From contig JAKMXF010000099.1 in NCBI GenBank assembly GCA_024704765.1, positions 734,419 through 798,418 on the forward strand: a stretch of 64,000 bases of DNA. The letters run 5' to 3'. Below are positions 11,926-25,949 of this stretch, one piece after another. Made by a program: the position numbers and the translations under genes. Below the pieces are notes generated by a model. The model was not told the DNA's origin. It was given only the letters and a program-made list of their open reading frames with translations, and searched no databases. This stretch comes from Oopsacas minuta (Eukaryota; Animalia; Porifera). The stretch's first letter is position 1, and each line of letters opens with the position of its first letter.

Positions 11926-13043
11926 ATCCTCAAATGACGAGCTTACATAGAGTTTCGCACAAAACTCAAAATCCAGGCTGTACAGATCATTAGCTAGGAC
12001 AGGAGATTCTGTGCGTGGATTGTCATTCCAGATTTACCGTAGAGCGATTGGCTGCCCGTTGTAGGTTTGGTGATGCTGATGTTACAGATTTGCCTCGGAT
12101 TTGGAAGACTGGTATCCGCCACCATTTCAGAGAATATATCACTCATTGAAAGTATAGCCATGGAAGACAAGTGCATTAGTGTCAATCAGTTAGAACAATG
12201 TATGGAGATTTCATCGTGAGCTATTCATACAAATCTGATGACTGAGCTTGGCTACTGATCGATTTGTGGGAAATGGTTCCTGCATAAGCTTAGTCAGAAT
12301 CAAAGGTTGACATAACTGAAAATTGCCAAGAAACTCTTCGAAACTTATGAGAACTGCGATTCTAGACGCCTAACAGAGATTATTACTTGTGACGAGACGT
12401 GGGTGTACTTTTCAACACCATATATCAAGTATAAGAAGCGGTCATGGGTGAGGGGCAACGAACAACCGGCGAAAATTCCTAGGCCCGACTTCAGAAAACC
12501 TAAGATCATGTATACCATCTTCTTCAGTAGTCATGGAATTGTCTTACAATTACCTTGTGAGTGTGGCAAAGCTGTTACTGCTACTTTCTTTATAGAGCAA
12601 GTGCTTCCAAACCTGACTAAAATATAGAAAAGTACCACCCGAAAACCGGAACTCGAGGAATGAAGATTGTTAATTGATAATGCAAGTTCCCATTTAGCTA
12701 AGCTAACCAAAGGTTTCTTGTATCTTGAAGAGTTAGAACTACTTCCCCATCCTCCAGACTCTTCAGACCTAGCTCCGTGTGATTTTTGGCTATCCCCCAG
12801 GCTTAAAATCAACCTTAGGGTAGAAATTGTAACACATTACAAGTCGCAACGGGTCTGTACCACTACTTCAAATCCATCCCCAAAGAAGAGTACAGAAATG
12901 TGTTTTATAGGTGGGTGGAAGGGTTATAACTATGTGTATCTGCAGGAGGGGATTATTTGGGATAAATATTGTAGTGAATTAGTGTGTATAGTGTTTGTAC
13001 CCTATTCTATGATATCAACCGCAAGTCCTTTTGGACGCCCTAG
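11926..13043 (+). mobile_element. Mariner (DD34D) family A, copy 1, 5'-truncated, defective
   Basis: CDETWVYF, LIDNASSH and PHPPDSSDLAPCDFW motifs in broken frames; 3' TIR ...CCTTTTGGACGCCCTAG|TA. Confidence 0.92.
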
Positions 13044-14355
13044 TAGTATACCTCTACTAGGAAACTACAGAATATAGTAGTATTCTACAGTTTAGTATAC
13101 GTTCATAAACCACTAAATTGAGTAATTATTTGAGAAATAACCTTCTACAGCAATATTTGCATATGCAAGTAACTCATGTCACTTCTTGTAGATATTTATA
13201 ATCTCAATACGCTACGCCAGTTTACACTGGTGTAACCGAACACTGACCAGTATATTCTCGCGCCTAAACCAATGTGACAGCGTGTAATCCACGCTCCTTT
13301 TGCACTGCTTTATCTACACTTGTATTACTGTTGATCTCCTTTTCTGAGATTTTCATCTCAGTTTTCAGGATTCTATCTTGGAGGTAAAATTTGTAGGGAA
13401 ACGTACTCTTTTCAAAATTTTGCAGAATATTTTCAGACCAATATGTTATTCATTCACACTTAAAGAATTTTCTCATGATGAATTAATATAATTCCAAATT
13501 AATTTTAACATGTGAAGTAATATATTGTAATTTATATACTATTTGATGTTATTTTTTGAGGAGCTGAAGTATTTGTGATAACCTTCACATTATCTGTAGA
13601 GAGAACCATGCTTATGATCTTATTAATTTGTGACATACATTTTATTCTAAATACGAAGTTCGGTTTCACTTAATTCATTACCATAATTTCTTGATATACT
13701 GTCTCAATATATAATTTCCTCATTATCGAATAACATAAATTTACATCTCTTAGACGCAAAGAGTCAATCATTTCAGCACGGTTTATGATGCCACTACAAA
13801 TCCTTGATATTTGCATTTTGATTAGACTATTACGTTCTAAATTACCAGTTTATCAAATGACATGATTAGTATATAAACACTTTATGGAGGTCCAACTCTA
13901 TATACTTGAAGTGTGGGTGACGTTTAGACATCATGATAACTCTGGTGCTGCCGAGTCTCCGTGAATTTCGTAGACTACGTAAATTTGACTATTCTCCACT
14001 TATACTGTCGGTATCATTCCAATATATTTAATTCTTGCATTCTTAGTTATTATTTTGGCAATATTGTAAATCATGTTATTGATTAATATCATGAAATTAT
14101 ATTGATATCCAATCAGTATGTACACTGATCCCTTTGATTACTAATCTGGGAGAAATTCAATAAAACTTACTCTGACATTCAGGATCTTTGTAAACCCTTC
14201 GCTAGATTTCCAGGAATCTCCATGAACTCACTTGGCTGCACTAGATAAAGCCCTTGTATATCAAGAACAAAGCAGCCCCCATCTACCTACACCATATATT
14301 TGTGTATAGAACTTTGATTTTTACTACGTATTTGAGATATATTTTTCTGTTCTAG

Positions 14356-14493
14356 GTGGTCTTATGGGATTGCTATCTGGGAAATTTCAAGTCTTGGAAA
14401 GACTCCCTATTCTTGTATTCCTAACAGTGGATTTCTTCAGCATCTTTTTGCCAAAAATAGACCAGAAATTCCTTCTAATTGTACACCTGAGAT
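14356..14493 (+). CDS. Kinase gene, 138-bp internal exon (subdomains IX-X)
   Basis: AG|G TGG TCT TAT... gives (V)WSYGIAIWEISSLGKTPYSCIPNSGFLQHLFAKNRPEIPSNCTPE(I). Donor GTTAGT at 14494; phases match both neighbouring exons. Confidence 0.95.
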
Positions 14494-15149
14494 GTTAGTA
14501 ATTTTTATAGTTGTTTATGTATAATTATGTTCGAAAGGGTGTTTTGTATATTTTGCACTTAGCATTCTAGATCTATTGAAGGTGTGAGACGGTTACACAA
14601 ATATTTGCATGATAATAGCTACTTCTAAGAATCAAAGTTCTGCCTTGGAACATGTATGTGGTATAACTATAAGAGATTTTATCGAAACTTGTATCAATGG
14701 CGACAACTTTCCAAAAGTCGGGGCGTATATTTCATAGTTTCCAGTTTAATTTGACTCAAAACAGGTCACTCATGCTGCCCCTTTACCTCCTAGCCAGATA
14801 TTCATTCATTCTATATAATACATGTATGCTAACAGGTACTTATAACCGAAAATATTTGTAATTTTATCAGTCTAAGTAGTATTATTCCTACTCTATATAA
14901 TCACACATTTAACTCGATGGTTTTTGAGTCTGGAATTGATCGAGGAACTACTAAGAGCTACAAACTTGAAATTTTGACATTTGTGTGGAATGTGACCAAT
15001 CTAGGAAAAATCAAAAAGCTAAGCGAAATCTCTCATAAGCTCTCAAATAGGGTTCATAATGTAATGACCTATCTGATTTGAGGGTTACTATATATAGTTG
15101 CTGTTTCACAAAACTATCATAATGGCATTTGAATTTCTATAACTACCGC

Positions 15150-16905
15150 TTTTCGTTTGCTAGGTCGCTGCGCGACTGGCCGAATTATCCTTACATTATG
15201 TCCAATATTTGCCATAAGTATGAACCAGCTACATATGTCAGTGCTTTGGGGTGATACACAAAGGGATATATTCGGCACTATGTGCCTTGAGGATAATTTC
15301 ATGAAATTGTAATTTTAATTGTCCATGGTCCTTGGTCCATCCAAATTCCATTTAATGGCCTTTTGTAGTAATACTGGAGCTCTTGTCTGGCTTTTGGTTA
15401 GTAATCTCGACACTTCGTTCCTCGTTTATTAAATGATCTTAAACTTCTCGAAATTTGGAAATTTTACGGTCATGATGAGTTTGCAATTGTTCACATTGAT
15501 TACGTCAGGAATTTGGCATATTGAAGGGTACCTGTGATTCAAATTTCAATCATCTATCATATAGATCGTCTGAGCAATGGCTAGCAATGTGATTTCACGA
15601 AAATCCGACAAGCTAACAATACTGTCATTATTGCGTCATATTTGTGAATTTCGTCCAAGACTCAAATTGTCCGAGCCCGGCCCAAAATACTCCTGTATCC
15701 CTAGAATCTGCCCTGGGGTAGACCAGTTTCTTCAATCAATTCCGAACATACAAACATATATACATATATATATATATACACAATGGACGCCGCTAAATCT
15801 GGACTCGGATAATCGGTATATCCGCTTAAACAGGACTATGATTTGGGAACAGATGTTTTACATAGAAAAATCACCGGATAATTGGCACATCGAATCGTTA
15901 ATCGGGATATTTTATCCGGATTAACCGAATATGAACTTTATATTCACTTAATTGGGATTTCATCCCAAATATACGATTGGATATTTATTCATAATGTTTT
16001 TAAACTAGGAATATTAATATCATACAACCATAACAGTATAACGCCGATACGATTGCAATTCACAAACTAAGATTATTAAGTCTGTTCACTCCCTATATAA
16101 TCAGGATTTAGTAGTAGTGTAATATGATATTTTTGGTTATGATCTGAGACCATGGAAACTAGTTTTGAATACTTAAATATATCATAATCGGTTAACGGGA
16201 CAAACCATTGACTTCCGAGCTGTCCCGATTGAGCGGCTTCCACTGTGAATATATATATATATATACATATTCAAACACACGTATATACATATGTTGGTAG
16301 GTCCAGAAATTATATAAGAAACTGGAAGACCCTCAGGCTGATTTCTGGCATACAGCCGTATTTGGGCCGACTCAGACAAGATCGAGTCTGGGACCAAAAT
16401 TCACACATATGATGAAGTTATGACGTCATTGTCACCTTTTTGTACTTTCGAAAAATCATATTTTTACAACTGGCCCCCAATATCATTATAGAAACTTTAA
16501 ATTTGAATCACAGGTACCCCTCAATGTAACTCGTGCCCTGACGCTAGTATTATGACCGAAAGCTAACTCATCATGGGATTATGAATTTATCATAACTGTA
16601 CAAAAATTCAAAATTTTCTTAATTTCCAAAAATTTCAGAATTTCTTAATACTCGAGGCGCAAAGTGCTGAGATTACCAACCAAAAATGACATAGCATCTC
16701 TTGTGTCTCTACAGAATGCGATTGAGTGTAATTTGGATGGATAATGGACAAGAAAATCTTAATATTTAATTTCTGTGCTTATAGGTACGTAGTACCAGAT
16801 ATATTATCTTGCCTAGCTACTCAAATCTTCAAGAAATTTAGCTATTGTATACTTAAGCTACCCTGAGGCACTAAGTTGTCGCGCAGCGACCTAGTAAGTG
16901 AAGCA
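15150..16905. repeat. ~1.75-kb imperfect inverted repeat (two ~630-bp arms) around a (TA)n tract
   Basis: CTAGGTCGCTGCGCGAC (15160) is the reverse complement of GTCGCGCAGCGACCTAG (16878). Further matched blocks run inward to the (TA)n. Partial copies of the same family lie at about 23230-23490 and 32560-32710. Confidence 0.75.
15779..16247. mobile_element. pogo/Tigger-like MITE inserted in (TA)n
   Basis: CACAATGGACGCCGCTAAATCTGGAC ... GTCCCGATTGAGCGGCTTCCACTGTG (about 26-bp imperfect TIR). Confidence 0.75.
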
Positions 16906-16942
16906 TGCCACAAGATAGATTAATAATGTTTTACATAGTATA

Positions 16943-17940
16943 CAGGGTGGCTTTTAAGCCCTAACCCCTATATTTGCAGTTTTAAAACAAGCAAAATATA
17001 CTTTCTTATGTTATGATATTTATATATGTTGTATAGTATGTAGTCTCGCATCATTATTTCTCAGAACTGAGTGATATTTCTACATGATCCCTTCACTGCT
17101 CAGATGGAAAGACAACGGTCTGCTATAATTGAATTACTAGTGAATGGGAAGCGCCAATGTGACATTATGAGATCATTGAATATCCCGAAAGAGCGAAGGA
17201 AATTTGGCTATAATACTATCCAGCGTTATCTTGAGACTGGTTGTGTCAAAGACAAAAGTAGAAGTGGATGTCCAATTACTGTAACCACAACCAGGATGGA
17301 GAAAATAATCAGAGACAGAATTCGGCGAAATCCACGCCAATCAATGAGAAAACTGTCATCTGAACTCAAATTATCGCATGCATAAGTTCATAAGATAGTG
17401 AAAAGTTCCCTGGATCTATCTTCTTACAAACGAAGAAAGGTACACCATCTCTCAACTGCGATTCGACAAAAACGAGTATTTCGTAGCAAAAAGCTTCTTA
17501 GTCGGCTCGCAGAACATGGCCATCATAATGTTCTGTATTTGGATGAAAGTTATTCACAATGAGGAGGCCAGTAACTCTCTAAACGACAAGATCTTATCTT
17601 CAACTTCTTCCACTATAAATGAAGAACTCCGCTATGTTCGGAGAGTCCAAAAGTCATTTTCAGTGATGATTTTGGAGGGGTCTCCAGTTTTGTACGGACA
17701 CCACTGATATTAGTCCCCCAGAGAGTAAAAATCAACTCTACAGAATACAAGGATCGTATTTTAGAACCTGTAGTGAAAGACCTGGGTGCTAGCATGTTTA
17801 ACAAGGATCGATTCTTGTTTCTACAAGATTGGGCTCCAGCCCATACAGCTGATATCACTTAGACCTGGCTTTCAGAAAATATTCCCTATTTTATCACTAA
17901 AGAAGAATGCCACCGTCTAGTCTGGATACCAACGGTGATA
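16943..17940 (+). pseudogene. Decayed maT-like element related to the 2643-3955 transposon
   Basis: TA|CAGGGTGG start. MERQRSAIIELL...DKSRSGCP...RIRRNPRQSMRKLS aligns with the intact transposase; later RVQKSFSVMI and FLQDWAPAH; stops, frameshifts and 3' truncation. Confidence 0.88.
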
Positions 17941-18949
17941 GCTGTATATGAATACAATAGGCACTCTAGTAATGCTTGCTGCTGACAAGGAGTGTACTTC
18001 CGCGCAGCTCAAGTACGCGATGCTGCTTGTATTATAGGATATTGTTGACATATCCTAAGCAAAATATCTTGTTCCGGCGATAGCGAAATCAATTGGTAGA
18101 TTTTAAAGACTACCAAGCCAATATCCTTCCGCCAACCCTGTATTGCTATGATAAATTCCCGTAATGTACTGATAAATAAGTACTAATCAACTTATGACTG
18201 CTGTTTTTCATTTACAGTATAATGTAGCAAATAAGGTGGTCATTACCAAAAATTAGGATTTACTCTTACACTAATAGTAGCAAGACTGGGGAGCTCAAGC
18301 CCCCTTGTGCACAGCCTTTACCAGCGGAGGTAGTAACCAGAGGAGTAGCTAGCAGTTCCTCTTTGAGGTTGCCACTGGAGTAGCTAGCAACTCCAATAAA
18401 AGAGATCGCTTATACATATCACCACTAGTCAAGCGGTTGCTGACAGTTACCCCGGATTGGCGGCAACCCCTAGCTACGCCTATGGAGTAACATAAGGTTT
18501 TGGTTCGGGTAGCTTATGGTGTAATTTGTGTAATACGGACTTAATAACAGAAAATATCTGCTCGGATAAATTCTTCACCAGGACAGCAAGTTTCTCTATA
18601 TTGTGTGTATCACATGCTGCATCATAACTTTATCTATTGTTCTAATGGCTCTCCCTTGGATGACTCAATCTTTGCCTGATCAGCTATTGTGGTGTAGCAT
18701 ACATCCCTATGCTACACAAGACTGGCATATTGAACAACTGGTCTGATTACTAATCCATATAACTTGTGCAAGTCACCGCTGTCAAGCCCATCTCTCCCCA
18801 GCTACTTAATATTGTAGTAAGGCTTGAGGACTTTTGAACAAATTTGGGCGGAATTTGCCTCCAAGTGAGTTGATCACTTATCATTATGCCAAACAGCTTA
18901 CAACTTTTTTTAATCATTGCTCTGTGATCTTCAACCCTTGGATGTGGGT

Positions 18950-19700
18950 TTCGTTCAGCATATTTCCCAGTACCTACAAACTATACCATAAAGCCGTATT
19001 GAAGCTTCTTACTAGGATAAAAGTACACAAAGCTACAGCCAGATGACATCTCTATTTTGATATCCGATACCATATTCTCAATTTAGCGCACCTGGTTTGT
19101 ACTATCTTTAATGCATCCATCAGGAGAGTTTTTGCCATCTATTTGGAAATTCGTCAACTTAATACCCATCGGTGAATCTACCCTCCTCGAGCCATTGATC
19201 GGAATTTTCGACCAATTTCACTAACTAAGTATTGTGTAAACAACTAGGTCTAATTGTAGGTGGATATATCCTCGGTATTGCTAATTGGCTATTTCCGGAT
19301 CATTACGGTGTTCATGGCCCCAAAAACTCTCAGTAGGCCCTCCAAAATTTATTGAATAATTCAAGGGATATATGATAACTGGATGGAGTTTTTAATGGCT
19401 TGGCTTCTCTATTATTTCACCAGCTCCGTAATAAATCCTGTAAATTCTACGCCCATGCACCAATGCACTTATTTATATGGTCCACACAAGTCTCCTTACG
19501 GAAAAAGTGATGAAAATCCTCACTCTTTGTCCTATTGGACTACGGTAAGGATTCGATCATGTGGACCTGACATAATTTATCTCAATATTTATGAGCTCTG
19601 CCATCCAAATTATCATACTACGGTTTTGTCCCTTTTTATCGGATAGGTCCCACAGAGGAATCAAGAAATTGCTGGTGCTCCGCGATATATTGTAATTGCT
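18950..19700 (+). pseudogene. Non-LTR (LINE) reverse transcriptase relic
   Basis: ...VLKLLTRIKVHKAT..., ...IFNASI...PSIWK..., RNFRPISLT and a degenerate D.KGFDHVD match the pre-RT KAxGPD / WKxA / RPISL / KAFD motifs. Confidence 0.65.
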
Positions 19701-21483
19701 CGGCATTCATCACTCTCCCTATCTGTGATGACAGAAATTGGCAATTATTGTTGCAGCGATGCTGCAATTGCGGCATCTACTCCTACAGCCCTGTTCCAAA
19801 GGGTGAGGCTGGTTCAAGAGATGTTCGGCTGGGTTTGTCTAAAGCTACTGTCCCACAAGAATCATGGGTGGAGCATTGGCAGATCTAGGGCGAAAATGGG
19901 ACGCTGTCCCCCACCAGCAAATATGTACATGATATAAAATCATAGTTTTTTGGAAAAGCATGTCAATACACTGAAGTATTGGGTCACATTGCATACCGTA
20001 AATTTTCGGCTCACTTGGCTCCCATCAAGACACCATGATCATGTTGTGTTACCCTCTACATTGTATTTAACCACGGGCTGAGGTTGCGTAAGCTCTAGCT
20101 CTGATTTTGTCACATACACCTAATATTCGCAAGACAGAAATATTTTCGAGAATCGAAGTTGGCTGACTGTAGAAAGCCAACTATTATTCTGAAAATTTGG
20201 GCTAGTCAAGATATGATCTATACCACATTTCTGCCACTTTTACCATATGTGACAAAGTTAGTAAGGGGAGCTTAGCGACTTTATATCAACAGCCTGGACA
20301 AAGCTCCAACTGTTTCCACATGTAAGCGATAATCATATCCTAATCATTGATAGGATTCAGTTCTGATGGATATATTTTCGATCCCTTAAACCCTCTCTTA
20401 ATTGTGGTTGTCAGCTAAATCACTGGTAGATCTCCAAGCGATAACTTTTCAAATCTCATCGAAAACCTTTAACCAACAGATTCGTCCTCGACATCACCCT
20501 ATCATGTTAACCCTTCTTCGATACCACTAGGCTATTATGCACATATTATCCATCTAAATGGTTTTTATACACGATTTTCGATCCCTGCACTCAAATATTC
20601 TCTTTCAAGTTTTCAGGGATATTCGGTTTTGGCAAATAACTTGACTATATTTGCGAAATATAAAGTTATGATGTGAATCACGGTATTTACCAAGTTTTAT
20701 ATGTAATTACTTTTAGATATTGCTGTTTAACCTCTGAAGAATGAATATCGTTGGGACCAGAAAAATGTTCACTTTTGAGAGGTCGTTTTCGTGATTTATC
20801 ATAAGTTAGTCTATTTAGTAAAGTAATATTATCATAACAGTCATTATTGTTACTAGTAGCTTAAACTACAAAAGAAGTCGCCAACAACTATTTGTTTCTT
20901 CTGTTGTTTTGGCTTTAGTACTATGTGGTTTCAATCGCCTCAATATTCATTCACTTTTCCAAGAGTTACTCCTGATTTGGCTAGATTTGATGCACGTCAT
21001 CAAGGTAGATTATTGTTCGCATTTCACTTTTCAGAGGTGTTCACAAGTTGGAGGTTAATTAATATGTAACAGAATGGGGAAATTTTGGACTGAGAAAATG
21101 TGTTCATACATTTTGGTGTTGACTTGTTAAGAGGTGTTAACTTTTGGCGGTTTGACTCTATTAATTATAATTACTCTAGTAACAACCAAGAGCCAGACTA
21201 TTGAAATTTGCTCACCGGCACTACCTTGGGGAATATTGATAATAGTGACTTTTTGCAAGGAATACATCTTTGGGCTTTGAAAATGCCTGATTGCAGTCAT
21301 CAATGGTATCCTTGTTATCGCCCAAAAAGCCGACTTTCCTAAGAAGGAAGTTTTTTTCAATTTTATCTAAATTTTGTAAATCGACGAGTAGAAGTATCTG
21401 TATCCTGATATCTTTAATTGAAGATTATTTGATGATTTGAGATGATTTATTTCAAGCTAAATATTGGTTCAAAGTTGTTATTA

Positions 21484-22640
21484 CAAGGCTTGTTCAATAA
21501 ATAGTGAGACTTTTTTCTTAATTTGTATAGTAAACCTATACTTATCAGAATTGATTATCAAATGTTTCGATAAATTCCTCTTGAACTTTACCCATCGTTT
21601 CCATCGTCTTAGTAACTTTTCCAGCCCTGTGATATAGAATTCTTTAGGGGTCCATTTATCCCACTGTTGTATTCGTACTCTAGCCGTTTGAAATCTACAA
21701 ATCTCTTTCCCCAATGGGTCTATTCATCTCTCCAAACAGCGAGTAGTCGCTTGGAGCCAGGTCTGGACTATACGGGGGATGAAGAAGGTATTCGAATCCT
21801 AAGTAGTCAATTGTAGCCATTGTCTTTGAGTTTACATAGGCCTTCGTTGTCATATTAGAGCAATACGCCACGTGTCAACTAGCCTCTCCTCTCACGTTTA
21901 ATCGCTTGACGCAATTCTTTCAATTCATCAACGTAATAATCACTGTTTACGGTTGTCTTATCAGACAACCAGTCAAGATATATATTATTCCTTTCCTATC
22001 CCAAAATACTGTTGCCATTCTCTTTCCTGCTGATTTGTGCCCTTTACCTTGATGGGTAGAGGTTCATCACATCTCTTCCGCTGCTTCGATTGAGCTTTGC
22101 TCTCTGGTTCATAATAATTAAACCAAGTTTCATCCCCCGTTACTATACAATCCAAAAAGTCTTCCTCTGCTTTGTATCTTGAAAGTAATTATTTGCTAAC
22201 TCTGACCCTTTCGCGTTTTTGTACTTTAAAAGAGGTTTTGGGACCCAACGCGTAGTTACCTTCGACATTTCCAGATCTTCAGTGATAATCGAGTGCAGTG
22301 TGGCTTTTGATATACCTACTTTCTCTTCTAGCTCCCGCAGGGTTATTCGTCTGTACTCGTCCAAATTATTTGGACCCTCTCGATATTACTGCACGTTTTG
22401 AGGAAGTCGGACGACCTGGACGAGAGTCATTGTGGAGGTCCTCATCGACATTATGACAACGTTCAATCCATCTATATATGGTGGCTTTCGAAGGACATTC
22501 ATCACCGAAAATATCCTGCATTTCACGAAGAATATATGAGCCATTATTCCCCCTTTTTCCACAGTTACCAAATGTTTGTTGTTGTTCTCCTTCTTTTCTA
22601 AAATCCATTAGTAGAAAAAGTAGCCTATACAAATGAAACT
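21484..22640 (-). mobile_element. Decayed mariner element (different family)
   Basis: Minus-strand fragments PSKATIYRW...DSRPGRP, ITLRELEEKVGISKATLHSII...RWVPK, SPDLAPSD, and PKEFYITGLEKLLRRWKR. TIR-like TA|CAAGGCTTGTTCAATAAATAGTGAGAC at 21484. Confidence 0.85.
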
Positions 22641-23567
22641 TTACACTGAAGAATATGCTAGTAGAGTAAAGAGTATATTGTATGGGAGTTAGACAACCAA
22701 GTTAGGCTTGTAATCTGATACTAGGCTTAGAGCTGTATTAACCAGAATATGAATTCGATACATTAGTCTCATTACTTATTACACAGCCCTTGTGCAATTT
22801 CTAAATATCACTCTTATACTCTATATATATATTTGTGGCCATAACCAGGGTACATTGTAGTGCTTCGAGAAATTGGTTCCAGGGTAATTCATGGATCTGG
22901 ATTCCAATTATACTATTAGATTTACACAATAGCGGTGTATTTGTTGATTCAGAGTGTCTATTATTTAACGAACACACCATCTACTGGTTGATATCGACAT
23001 CTTGATTAAAATTCTAATTCATTAATCTTCAAATATTTACTCCTGACATAATAATTATCAGGATCGCAAAATCGCTGCCTCTTTTAATATCTATTTACCT
23101 TGTTTAACTACTGGTTGCTCAAAATTCTTGTTACTAAAGCAAAGTGAACAATTCTTTTTGATTCCAGTGAATTTATATGTTTGTATGTCCAGAATTAATT
23201 GAAGAAATTGGACCTACTGAATTTTGGTATACAGGATATTTTGGACCTGACTCGAACACGTTCGAATCTTGGACCAAAATTTACACTAAGGACGACATTA
23301 TGAAGTAATTTTCACCTTTACGTATTTCAGAAATCACATGATTAACAACTGCTCAGCCAATACACATGATAGAGGTTTTGAAATTGAATCACAAGTACAC
23401 TTCAATATACCATACGTGCTGACGTCATGAATTCGACAAAAGGCAGACTTATCATGGAATTATTACGTCATTATAACTGCATATTTTGCTATTATAGTAA
23501 GATGTTCTAACAGAAACGGAGGATGCTTACATTATGTATCTGTAAGCAATACAGTATATCACGATTA

Positions 23568-24820
23568 CTAGGGCGTTCAAAAGGGCTTGCGGTTGATGTC
23601 ATAGAACAGGGTACAAACACTATACACACTAATTCACTACAATATTTATCCCAAATAATCCCCTCCTGCAGATACACAAAGTTTTAACCTTTCCACCCAC
23701 TTGTAAAACACATTTCTGTACTCTTCATCAGGATGGATTTGTAGTACTGGTAGAGGCCCGTTCCGAGTGCTTGTAATGTGTTAAAATCTTTGCCTTGAAG
23801 GTAGATTTTAAGCTTGGGAATAGCCAAAAATCACACGGAGCTAGGTCTGGTGAGTATGGTGGATGAGGAAGTAATTCTAACCCTTGTACATCCAAGAAAT
23901 TCTTGGTAAGCTTGGCTGTATGGAAACTGGCGTTATCAATTAAAATCTTAATTTCTCGAGTCCCGGTTTTCGGGCGATACTTTTCTATATTTTTTATCAA
24001 ATTTGGAAGCACTTGCTCTGAAAGAAAGTAGCAGTAACAGCCTTGCCACTCTCACAAGGTAATTGCAAGACAATTCCATGACTACTGAAGAAGATGGTAT
24101 ACATGATCTTAGGTTTTCTGAAGTCGGGCCTAGGAATTTTCGCCGGTTGTTCGTCGCTCCTCACCCATGATCGCTTCTTATGCTTTATATATGGTGCTGA
24201 ATAGTACACCCGCGTCTCGTCACAAGTAATAATCTCTGTTAGGCGTCTAGAATCGCAGTTCTCATAAGTTTCGAAGAGTTTCTTGGCAATATTCAGTCGT
24301 GCCAACCTTTGATTCCTACTGAGCTTATGCAGGACCCATTTCCCACAAATCGATCGGTAGCCAAGCTCAGTCATCAGATTTGTATGAATAACTCACGATG
24401 AAATCTCCATACTTTGTTCTAACTGATTGACACTAATGCACTTGTCTTCCATGACCATACTTTCAATTGAGTGATATATTCTCTGAAATGGTGGCGGATA
24501 CCAGTCTTCCAGATCGAGGCAAATCTGTAACATCAGCATCACCAGATCTGTACGGGCTGGATCTTGAGTATTGTGCGAAACTCTATGTATCCTCGCCATT
24601 TGAGGTTGAAATTATCATCCTTTGGAGCCATAAATTCAACAGTGGGTATAAATTGACTACATGTAACTATCTCAAAAATTCATAATTTGTATTGAATAAG
24701 CTTGAAACTTTCAGTATATGGAGTTTAACTATATGAGCTTATAATATATAAAAGTTAGATATATTGCTTGACTAATTCCTAAGATATATCATGACCCGCA
24801 AGACTTATTGAACGCCCTGA
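23568..24820 (-). mobile_element. Mariner (DD34D) family A, copy 2, both TIRs present, frameshifted
   Basis: TA|CTAGGGCGTTCAAAAGGG... and ...GACTTATTGAACGCCCTGA|TA. CDETRVYY; DNASFH followed by 34 residues to PCD. Confidence 0.95.
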
Positions 24821-25949
24821 TAGGACGCACTCACTTGAGATACCAAATAATCGCTTATTAGCAGAGGTAGGTCTTATCCTAGTACGTATTAACCGATGTT
24901 GTCAATACCAGATTCTACATAGATAATATACGAATATTTACCACGAAATAATCAATGTGGATTTAGTATTCTAAAGATTTCTAACTGTATGGCAAAAATC
25001 ACATTTGAAAATACTATGGACATACACTGTATGTATTATAGAGTAGCTCTTATCCGAGTACGATTCAACAGATTTTCTTCTTTTGGGAAGAATAATTTGG
25101 TACTTCTTTCCGGGTACGTATTAACCGAATCATGTATAATGGATTAGATTTGAAAACTTTTGTTATTTGAGACAGTACGTCTTATCCGAGACATGTCCTA
25201 GTTATTTTCTGGCTAAATATGTTCCTGGTTTGAAAACAAGAAGGAGACTGAAAAGTATTTTGCTACTTATCTCGAGAAATATACATGTTAAAGCTTAAGC
25301 GGTTGCAAAATATATATTTATACAAGTTTTCAGGGATTTATTGAAATAATATTAATTCCGCGTCATGTGGTTCTTTCAGGTATACTATCTTATGCATATT
25401 CAAACATTCGCTGTATAGCTAGGTAAAAGTTTGTATTTGTTTGTGTTGAAAAAATTATGCTCGATTAGTGTATGTAGAATATAGCTTAAGTGAGTATTAG
25501 TGACAGAGGAATATCGTGTCAATGCATGCATTTACAATTTCTTAAAATATGACATCTCATCATGCGGTTTCGGAATAGGTATCTCAGTAAGAAATATGCT
25601 GCTTTTCAAGCTGTGGTTAAACTATATTATCAGTATTTTATGCTTGACAGTTGTATGTATTGACAAAAGCGAATAGATAATTTGAAAAAGAATGGTTAGT
25701 GTGCATAGAATGTGAACACATTCCTGTGTTGCTAAGGAAATATATTTTTGTTTGTTCTGGCTATAACTCAAAAACTATGAATCCTATAAAATGTGCCAAC
25801 TGCTTCTGCCACAGCAGAGGGTCAGCTATACAATTATGCAAACTATATAAGTGGAATGCACCAATTGCAAGGATCACCGCTTATCCAAACATGCTATAAT
25901 AACTTTTCGAAACTCCAGGTAAGTAGATATATAGCAAGTATATTTCAAT

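Larger units (their letters stand above)
185..14355 (+). other. Intron of the kinase gene (14,171 bp), TE-filled
   Basis: Begins GTGAGT and ends TTTTTCTGTTCTAG; the phase 2 junction rebuilds the codon GTG (V). Confidence 0.9.

Noticed and set aside
18121-18142. GCCAACCCTG|TA as the right TIR of the decayed maT at 16943
   Set aside because: Only about 9 bp match the left end, and the intervening sequence is not transposase C-terminus; it may belong to another element.
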